A DNA stretch of 63,122 bases, the filler included, from Licmophora abbreviata (taxonomy: Eukaryota): NCBI GenBank assembly GCA_900291995.1. It is 11 parts of 11 records of this genome, joined end to end, with 100 filler letters (N's around TTAATTAATTAA, not from the genome) between each part and the next. Parts side by side here need not be neighbours in the genome. Positions count along the whole stretch, not along the records: positions 1 to 23,262 come from OLMU01000869.1; 10 more parts are not named here. One strand, given 5' to 3'. This document shows, in pieces, positions 1 through 9,878 of the stretch. The translations under genes and the position numbers were made by a program. The notes beneath the pieces are model-generated. The model had not been told where the DNA came from. It saw only the letters and a list, made by a program, of their open reading frames with translations, and did no database searches. The first letter of the stretch is position 1; each line of letters opens with the position of its first letter.

Positions 1-133
1 CTTTCACAAAAAAGGAGACAAGCCTTCAAGACTTAACGTCAATAGATCATCAAGGAATCTGATCTAAGTGATCAATCGGCTGCTGTATTATATAGAGCCC
101 AGTGTGAAAAAGACAACAAACAAAACAACTAGA

Positions 134-3100
134 ATGGCATTTTCCTATGCCCGCCAGAATCTACTCGCTGGAGTAAGTCTCTTTTTTCTCTCCTTGCTGG
201 CTCGGGGCGAGTCTAGGTCCTCTCTTCAAGACTCTCCCTCTCTTTTATCTCTGGCCCGCGATCAGATTGAAGACCGACTTGTCCAGGATCTCGCGTCGCC
301 AGACCAAGTAAAGTCAAGACTTGGCGTTTCCTTGTTGGAAAACATGACCGAATCGCAAGGATCAATATCTCTTCGTCGCCATCTTGCCTCTGGGGACTTT
401 GAGTCCTTCAATGAACTCTTTCAGAGTGCCACGATACGTCTTCCCGATGCTACTCTGAATGATCGAATTATCGGCATCAGCCTAACGTTGAAACTCACCA
501 ATCTTCGATGTACCAACGTTCAAGTCGGGGACATCGTGATAACCTACAATAAGGACAGTGTACGACGTCTCAGTTATCAAGTTGAGGTGGTGGATCTCGA
601 TCTCGATTGCTTTCTTGACTATCGATACGATTATGGCTTTCTGGGCGGGAATGGGAACTGCAAAGCCAGTACGGACAACAATGATGCGAGCCTTGCTCTG
701 GCCTTCTCGTCTCTTAGTTTTGAAGAGTTTCCTCCTAACGACGTTGCCATGGAATCCTGTACCGCCGACATCAATGTATCCAAACTAGACTTCTCTGGTG
801 ACTGGCTTTCTTCCATTCTCGATGTCATGGAGCGGTTGATTCGTGGCACTGTTGAAGGAGAGGTGCAGGACGTTGCTTGTACTGAATTGTCTTCGCTGGC
901 CGACGACCTGCTGCAAGATCTACTCGACATGGTATTTGAGTTCTTGGATCCGTACCTTGAGCCTCTGACAATATCCCAGATTGACCCCCTGGCTGCCGAA
1001 AAGGCCCTGGTGATACCGAACGGCACTGTTCTTGTGGACTATCAAACAACCGAGGAAACCGTCGGCAAGTGGTTCAAGACGATTCTGGACGAGGCGGACG
1101 ACTTTCTCGGTACCTCTGTCGACGACGTAGAGGGTCCCACAAGTACGGGTCGCGACCTTGGAGTTAACGTGTTTCTCCGCGAGAATTTTCTGGACGACGA
1201 TCGGGCGTTTACCGTGGAAGTGGTTGACCTTCCTTTCGACTTTGACGGAGTCCTTTATGAAGGACACGATAAGTTGACGCAAACCACAATCAGGGTGGAG
1301 CGCATCAAACTCTTCGGACTGGACACGTTTACAAGATTCGCTCCTTTAAGTGACATCGGCAAATACACGTTGCAAAATGAACTCTCCTGGGACTATCTGA
1401 CGATCGAGCTCGACCTCGACATTGTCATAAAGCCATCAACATTACCAGATTCACTTCTGGATGGCCCTGGCGACGTCATGATTGAAGAGAAGATCAGCGT
1501 AGACTTCGGAGTAGACAATGTGGACTCCATCGTGTCCGTGCTTCTTGCTGTCGACCAAGACGCGCTGGGGAGCTTGCAGCTCGGGCCTCTTCTGGATCTC
1601 GACTCGCTTGCGTCTTGTCTCATGTCAGTTATCTTCGATTTGAGCATTTCGGGTCTCGACGTCACGATCGGTAGCATCAGGGAGCCTGTCTTGGACGGAT
1701 TCATCTCTCCTGGGATTGATCGCGTCGTCTCGCGCACAGTACGTGCCTTCTTTGTTATGTACGAGGCCGTGGTTCTCAAGACCATTCCGAGTCTCTTCTG
1801 GACGACGATTCGAGATATCCTCAACGATAATCTCGATATGGGTGACTCAGAGTGTCCCGAACTACGCAATTTTGGTGACGAATTGATCGACTTTCGAGAC
1901 CTCTTTCTGGAGCCCGACGTAGCAGCCGCAGCGGGAGGCAGCGGGGACGAGCCGTACGGAAGCCTTGCTTCGACTCTCTTTACGCTACTGCAAGATCAAT
2001 TCACTGCTATAGGTGATGACGGCTTACCTCAGATTAACTCTTTGGTGCTTCGGCCGTTCATGGAATCACAGTCTGGTGAGGAAACTCTCTTATCCTTTCC
2101 TGGAAAAGTCTTCAGTTTTGTCCGCGAGGACATTTCGAGCGCCCTGGGGTCGTCATTAGGCGACAGCTTTCAGCTGGCTTTGTCCAATACTCGTATCAGA
2201 AACCTCGACACAATCGCCACCCCTCTATCTATTCTTCAACCTTCGACGGGACCCCACGTGCTAAAGAACTTGGTGAATATTGGGCCAGTGAGTGGAAGAC
2301 CACTCAATGGCGTGATGAGTCTGCTTGTCGCGCTAGATGGCGACGACTCTCCCTTGGATATGCGAAACGAGCTTGACATCAGCGCCTCCGTTGATGCGTC
2401 TGTATTTGTTGCAGACATATTAGCACGGATTGGTGCTGAACCTCTTTTGAAGTTTCCATTGCGAGACGTTCTGAATTTCGATTGTTGGCTCTCGGTCTTT
2501 CAAACACCGGATCTAGATGCTGATGGACTCAGGATCGACCCTGATGCCGAATCTGGGTTGTCGTTGACCGAGTTTCTTCTAACGATGACAACTCTGTCGT
2601 TGGATGTAACATGCGTTTCTTGTACAAGCCCCGGCGCCGTTGCGCTGCCAGATCTTCTCAGTATTCTCGACGACGAAGGCAGTTTTAGGATCCTACGCTC
2701 CCGCATAGAATCATTCGCCGCTGAAATCCTTCTGAGTGACCAGCTTGTCCAGACACAGCTCGACCGACTTCTCAGTGAGGCGTCAAAATCCTGTCCTCAT
2801 CGCTCAGAGTACGATGAGAATGCAATCTTGGCTGATTTCGTTCCTCTACAGCTTCCAGCCTTGTCGAAGGAAGCAATCGAGACTGTTGTATACTCTGCAA
2901 CTCTCGCGGCTGAAATCGGCCTGGTTGTATTCGCAGAATCACACACGTCGTATAATTCAAGCTCAACTGACTACTTGTCTGGTCAGAAGGCACTCGAGGT
3001 TCCTGAGGGGACGAGGCTGCTCAATCTTTTGTCGCTAGGCGAAACTGTCGGAAGTTGGTTTGACACAGCAATCGAAGAAGTCAACGCATACCTAAGTGGC

Positions 3101-6100
3101 TTTATGGAGGACGTTGGTGGACCAAACGGAGACGAAGATCTTGGAATCAACGTTGTGGCTCGAAACATTATTCTCGATGACTCTCGGACTCTTTCGATTA
3201 CATTCGATGGTGCTAGTTTTACTGCAGGGGAGAGTGGTGAGATGCGGATTGAATTGGAGAGTCTGAAGATCTTGGGCCTCGACACGTTCACATCTTTTAA
3301 CGCACTCGACCTCGTGGCAAACCAGACAATTCGAAACCTCGTTGGCTGGAAGGAACTGGATATTGAGGTCGATTTGTTCATTCAAACCTCCGATGATGCA
3401 GGGATGCTAACGATCTCGATGGGTGCCGATAAGGTTGATGCCGCCGTTTCTTTGCTGCTTGCTATAGATCTGGACCTCGCCGGTGCACTGGAGCTTGGCT
3501 CCTTGCTCTGGCTCGACCAGATTTTGCCTTGCTTTCTATCCTCTGCGGTTGGGGTCGAGCTGACTGAGTTGTCACTCAACGTAGACGCCATCCGAGGCCC
3601 ATTTTTTGACGGCTTCCTCTCAGACTATATGGCATCGGCGGTCAGGAACGTGACCAGAGCCATCTTTGATGAAAATGGTTACCGTGCACGCTTGGTTGAC
3701 GCATTGCCTGGAATATTTGATGTTACGATACGGTCTGTTCTGAACAATTGGCTGGATCACTATTTAAGCCAGGAGTCATCGGTTTCATGCCCCAAGTTCG
3801 CGATGGAAAGAAAGCTTGACGAAGACCTGAGTTTTGTCGACTTTCGTGACATATTCGTTGAGTCGGCGGCATCCCTTGATCTCGGGGGAAGTGGTGACGG
3901 TCAATATGGAGACTTGTTCAGGTCCCTTCGTGGTGTCCTTACGAATCAAATCCTGAAAGTTGACCCGGCAAGCGGAAAGTCCGCGATAAACGATTTTCTC
4001 GTCTCGCCCCTGACTGAGAGACAATCCGGAAAAGCAGGCACTCTTCTATACGAAGGCGATCTTTTTGACACAGGCACATATATTGACGTGGGTGGATTGC
4101 AAGCAGAAGTCAGACTTGGAATCTACGATGCGCGCATCGAGAATCTTGACACAATTGGAAATCCACTTTCACTACTGGATCCTGTGTTAATGAAACCTCA
4201 TGAATTAAATAATACTGCTGGTTTTGGTGTGGGATCTGATTCTCTTCGCTTTGCGGCAAGAGTTTTGCTTGCGATTGACGGCAAAGGTAAGATTCAAATG
4301 CTGCTTTTCGTTCTTCGTCTTGTGACCACGTCTCATTTTATATGTCCTTTCTCGGCGACCAGGCGACATGCAAATAAGAAATGAAGTAGATGTCAGCGTT
4401 GACCTGACTTCAGTCAATGCAATTCTCGGCTTTCTCTTAAAAGTCGCAGAAACTCCATTTGTTTCGTTCCCCATGAGGGATTTTACCAACCTCAATTGCT
4501 GGCTGGCGACTATTCCTGCTCCTGAGCTCGACTCAAGAGGCGTTCGCGCTACAGGCGAAGCGATATCGGCAGCGTTATCCCAGCTAGCACTTTCCATCGC
4601 GGACGTGCATTTGAACGTTACCTGCATTTCGTGCTCGGGCCCAGACATGCATGAGCTTAGTGAACTTCTTTCCTCTCCCAAGACCTCCGAAGACTTAAAC
4701 CGAGCCTTCAACAACGTTCTTGGAATCGGCACGGAATTTCTCAACGGAGATTTCCTTCAGATACAAGTGGATCGCTTCCTTGCTGAGGCTCCGAAACAAT
4801 GTCCTCACCATGAAGCGTACAATGAGAACTATGTGGCGCCTGCATATGAGCCCTTTCAGACTGAGAGCGGCGGCGATGATTCTCTCCAGTTTCTGCTGAC
4901 TCTCCTCATGATTGGGACTTGCATCATATTCTCCGTTATGCTAGTGACGTTTCTGGTTCGCTTTCTTGTTCGAAGACGCCATGCCATGTGGCTACGTTCG
5001 CTACCCGGTCACAGTGTCTTTATTTTACAACGCGAACAGACGTTCCAAGCTGAGAAGGAAGCTGAGCTGAATCGGATGACAAAGTCTATGTTTCTCAGTG
5101 AAGCAATTCCTTGCTACGTCCGTTGGCTGATCCCGATAGTCGTTATCGGGAATATTGCCTTGTTTCTGAGTGGCCATCTGAGTCTGGGAGCCACGGTCAA
5201 CATACATGCGGAACTGGCAGGTCAATCGTTCACTGTCGACAAGTTTTTTGAGTTTTCCATGGCCAAATCAGTTTTCGATATATGGGAAGCTGGCGGGAAA
5301 GCGCTCGCAATTCTTCTGATCATTTTTTCCGGAGTATGGCCTTACACGAAACAGTTCGTCACACTGGGTTTGTGGTTTCTTCCGCCCACATGGGTATCCG
5401 CTTCTCGCAGAGGGTCGATCTTCTTGTGGCTCGATGCGTTGGCAAAATGGAGTATGGTCGATATCTTCACACTTGTTGTCACAATCGCTGCTTTCCAAGT
5501 GACGATTGAAAGTCCCGATGTCTCTTTTCTGCCCGAAAATTTCTACTCGGTCAGCTTATTGGTTGTCCCATTATGGGGGCTTTACGCGAACATGACTGCG
5601 CAGCTTGTCTCCCAAGTCAGCTCTCATTACGTAATTCATTATCATCGACGCATCATCGCCGCGGCACAAGATGAGCTTGAGATGACATGTGCGACGACAG
5701 AAGCAATCGAAGACAGGGAAGCAAATTGCTCAGTCGTCGTATCCGAAAGCCAGAGCCCAGACTCGGAATCTGAATCGCTGTCAGAACGGCTGTGTGACCA
5801 CTCTTTCACTAGACCGCACCGGGGAGAGTCTGACAAGCTTCGCACCCGGAGAATGGTGAACCCACTCTTGCTTGGCGGTGCCATCTCTATGACTATCCTG
5901 ACCGTCATTGGGTGCATTTTGCCTACCTTCTCTGTTGACGTTCTTGGAATTCTCGGCGTGGCGGTTGAGTCCGGACAGGACTTTAAGCAGGCAAAAACGG
6001 ACTTCACTATTTTCTCGATCGCCCAAGTGCTGATGGACGAAGCCAAGTTCCTCGGCGGAATTGGAGACTACATTGGCCTCGGGACATTGTCAATCCTCCT

Positions 6101-7091
6101 GATATCGACAGTCCTGATTGTTCCTCTATTGCAAAGTCTGATGCTACTTCGACAGTGGTTCCGACCTATGAACGACAAAATTCATCGACGAAACCAAGTC
6201 GTGATTGAGATTCTTGCCGCCTGGCAATACGTCGAAGTCTACTTACTGTCTGCCATTGTGGCCGCGTGGCAGTTGGGCCCCATCTCCGAATTCATGCTCA
6301 ACGAGTATTGCGACAGCCTATCCAACACATTCGCGAGCCTTGTCTTCTACGGTGTCCTAGACCCTGCCGATGCGCAGTGTTTCCGAGTTCAGGCCAAGGT
6401 GGAGGATGGGTCGTTTGTGTTGATTGGCGGTGCTGTACTTCTGGCTCTTATCAATACCTTTGTCAACAAGGCGTTCTTCCAGTTTATGCGTGACAAGTCG
6501 GAGGCGACCATCCTCCAGGACAGCGCGAAGCTGAGCGTTGGTGCCGATATTTGGGACAGTCAAAATGTGGATGAAGCCATATCGCTGGTGCACCCAGCAC
6601 CGGTGCTTTTCACGGACACGTTCCGTTGGTTCCTAATGCGTGAAGACGTACGTTTGAGCCAACGGACCCTCGGTCTCAGCCTGGCGAGCTTGACCAGCCG
6701 GGGCCGAGTACAAACGAGAATCGACGAAGAGTCAACGCTTGGGGTAGGAAGTGGATTTCCCGAGTCTCCAACTGTGTCTTTTGCTGCCGATGTCGGACGT
6801 CATTCCCCTTCGCAGCGATCCGTCTACGTTGAAAGCGACATGAGCGACTCTGAAAATATTGTGAGGGTGCTCGGCGTCAACGCAGACAGCCCAGATATTG
6901 AAGACATAAGTTGCTCAGAGTCAGTTATGGATATTGAGAGTGACGCGGGAAACATTGCCGAAGAAACAAGCTCGAGATTAGCGATAGGAGTTGCGATGGG
7001 AATCCTGATAGAGTCGAGTCCAGAGAAAGATATCGTTTTTCAGCCTAGCGAGGATGGAAGCGAAGACAGCGTTGACGGAATGATCTCCTAA
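134..7091 (+). CDS. ~2,290-aa membrane protein: signal peptide, BPI/LBP-like N-terminal domain, ~650-aa tandem duplication, two PqiA (paraquat-inducible protein A/LetA)-like TM domains, acidic tail
   Basis: ORFs 68-4384 and 4368-7091 join in frame through a GT-AG intron at 4287-4362 (G|gtaag...ag|GC GAC ATG). First ATG at 134 is followed by a hydrophobic leader. PqiA-like motifs: FSGVWPYTK...LAKWSMVDIF (~5330-5468) and ILAAWQYVEVY (~6210-6242). Confidence 0.8.
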
Positions 7092-7473
7092 GAATGTGAA
7101 ATCTTTGTAGATACTAAGTAGTTGTGATTTACAGTGTACTCAGCTCTTCGACTAGCTGGCTATGCGTATAGGTCGGTTTTGGCAGCAGTGTAGTAATTCA
7201 GGATCACAATTAACATTGTACTTCTGATCGATATCGTAGCGTTGCTATTTATTGCGACGCGGAGCTCTACTGCCTTGACGGGATTGAGGAAGACAGCCGA
7301 TGACAACCAAAACTACAAAATTCTGTTCTACCAGGTACTGCTTTAGTTTGTTCAAGGAGTTTTAAAAAGTTTCGTCGAGACAGTCATCGCTGCAGCCGTT
7401 TATCTACGTAGTATAGTTCTCGTTTCGACAGTAACATGTAAACGCGTATTCCTATCTCTCTCTCCCTCTCTCC

Positions 7474-8513
7474 CTACACACAGAGACTCAAGATTGCCTC
7501 GTCATGATCCGTAGGATCAAAGTCGACGAGAGCATCCATAAGAAACAATCCCAAATCGTCGTGGTCATCGCCCCAGGGGAGATCATCTGTAGAACTCGGT
7601 TCGGACGACACGTCGTCGCTCGTGTCCGAAACGGACATTGGAAGTTCATACAGGATGGAAGATGTCTTCGTGCTCCCGTCGGGCGGAGGAGAAGTTGCCG
7701 CTGTCGTTGTCGTCGTGGTGGTCATACTATCAGTACCAGGGAGAATCTTCGCTGCTGGAAGAATATAATTAGATGGCAGCACACTACACTTGTAGTGGCG
7801 CCGGTGTTTGTAAAACTGAGGTGATCATGGACTCATGCATTGGGTCGAGGATCTGTTACATACTGATGATATGACGTAGAGGACAACAAAGGGAGCGAGA
7901 GCTCTTCCTCGCTGTGTAGAACAAAGGATGAACGAGGCGATGCCACGGGGGAAACTTCCGACGGAGAGAGCTGGGGCGATGGAGCCGCCGAGGTGGAAGG
8001 AGACACAGTGCTGGTAGTAGTAGGAGCGGTAGACGCTGTCGTTGTCGTACTTGAAATCAGAAGAGAAGACTCCTTCTTCTGTTGAAGAGTATCTGCCGCA
8101 GCCGCTTCCAGTTCGACAATCCGTTGGAGTGCGGCAGCGTAGCGCGACTCGATCGTTTGGATGTGGTCTTCGAGTTCTTCGATACGATCGCGCGTGCGTT
8201 TGCGACTGGCGGCAGCACTCTCGCGGTTTCGCACACGACGTGCCTCCTTGCGCCACGCCTTGAGTTCTTCGCGGTTCATGGGAACACCTGGATCGTAACG
8301 AGCTTGGCGTTTAATGCCCCGGATGGAAGGAAGTCTTGGGTGGTCGTGTTCGGACGACGATGCGTAGTACTCGGGGTCATCATCATCACCACCAACACCG
8401 TCATTGCAGGAGGATGCGACACTCGATGAATCGTCGGCGCGTTGTTTGGAGAGATGAAGCTTGCGGCGCTTGCGTGCCTGGGCAGCATCTGTAAGAGCTT
8501 TGTCTCCGCTCAT
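7474..8513 (-). CDS. bZIP transcription factor (2 exons)
   Basis: Basic region and zipper ARRVRNRESAAASRKRTRDRIEELE. A predicted intron at 7784-7863 (GTATGT...TAG) joins it in frame to ORF 7474-7782, which ends in an acidic DDLGLFLMDAL segment. Confidence 0.85.
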
Positions 8514-8649
8514 GTTCGATACTATGGCGTTGTTGTTATGTTTTACAGCGGACCTCGCTGGTGGAAAAGTGAGACCGAATGTGTCATGGTCAGCAAGGAC
8601 GGCACGACTGAGAAATGGAAAGAAGAATTTGGAACCTTTGGTATGTTTC

Positions 8650-8830
8650 TACGTGATTTGTACGCAGTCTTGAAAGAAAATTGCCATGTGGCAATTTCGA
8701 AGCTGGTTATGAGCCTCCATCCTGTGCTCTCTCGGAATCAGGAACTTTGCGACCTCGCAAGGATGATGTCAACAACATCTGTTTTGGGTGCCACGTGTTT
8801 TCAAAGCCCTGCTCCACGTGTTCTCACGTA
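8650..8830. promoter_or_regulatory. Cluster of ACGT-core/G-box elements in the bidirectional promoter between two bZIP genes
   Basis: TACGTG 8650-8655; near-palindrome AAATTGCCATGTGGCAATTT 8678-8697; CACGTG 8792-8797 and 8815-8820; CACGTA 8825-8830. Confidence 0.45.
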
Positions 8831-9057
8831 CAAAATATACTGAAGTCTACACAACCGAATTCAAATTGGATACGCAAGCAGAATTGAATCAATCCATCGC
8901 GATGACAGAGAAGAAAAGGCATCACCGTCCTCTCCGTTATATGCGACCCTGCATCCATCTTCCTGCCTCTTGCAAAAGCGCCAGTGTGTGAGGTCGTTGT
9001 TCGTGTTTGCGCCGCTTGTAGAATTGACCGAAAATTGAACCATCATCATTGCAAATA

Positions 9058-9654
9058 ATGACAGAAGGCGCAGCAGTCGATCCGGCCATGGCGCGGAAAC
9101 GTCGCAAAGAGATTATGCAATCTCTTCGCTCCGGCGAAGGAGCCGATGCCGACAGTACTAGTTCAAAACAGGCGTCAGAGACTGCAGCCATTCCTTCGGG
9201 TGTTGCAGCCACGGCCGCTGCCGTGGCGGCAGCTGCGGCAGTGGCCGAGTCGGAAGCGACATTGCCCCCGCCGAAGAAGCGCAAGGTCGGCAAGAACAAG
9301 AAGGACGGCAGCAGCAGCAGCAAGTCAAAGAAGGCGGCCGCCAAGGCAGCGGTAAAATCTGCAGAAGAAGACGACGACGATGATGATGATGATGCTCAGA
9401 AGAAGACGCAGGTGCGGTACGATCCAGAAGTTCCCATGGAAAAGGAACAGCTCGCGGCCTGGAGACGGGAAGCGCGCCGCGTGCGGAACCGGGAGAGTGC
9501 GGCCGCCTCTCGACAGCGTATTCGCGATCGCATCAACGAATTGGAAGGTGAGGTGGGACAATGGAAGAACAAGTATACACAAGCCATGGAACGATTGCAA
9601 CAATTGGAGCAGCTGGCGGCGTCTCAGAACAATAGTGGTAGTGAGGCTGTGTAA
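9058..9654 (+). CDS. bZIP transcription factor (paralog of 7474-8513)
   Basis: RYDPEVPMEKEQLAAWRREARRVRNRESAAASRQRIRDRINELE, SV40-type NLS PPPKKRKV, poly-Asp tract; ATG at 9058. Confidence 0.9.
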   Translation: MTEGAAVDPAMARKRRKEIMQSLRSGEGADADSTSSKQASETAAIPSGVAATAAAVAAAAAVAESEATLPPPKKRKVGKNKKDGSSSSKSKKAAAKAAVKSAEEDDDDDDDDAQKKTQVRYDPEVPMEKEQLAAWRREARRVRNRESAAASRQRIRDRINELEGEVGQWKNKYTQAMERLQQLEQLAASQNNSGSEAV

Positions 9655-9878
9655 AGCGTTGAGTGACAGGGGAACTGGTGTTGCATGTTTTTCGTTGAAG
9701 TGTAGGGAGCTTAACCCTGTCGTGTTGGGAATGTCGAGGGTCATTGAACCTCCTCGCCGCGCTGATCCTATCGATTCGGTGTACAGTATGTTAGTTAATC
9801 GGCTCAGTAGTTTGCTGCTTACCAGAGAGACTCATTTAAAATTAATTGATTCTAATTGTTGAGGATTACGCACGCGTG

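Noticed and set aside
68..133. Upstream GTG/TTG starts used by the ORF track (68, 9049, 13316, 22042, 44024 and others)
   Set aside because: The locus is eukaryotic; downstream ATGs give sensible N-termini.
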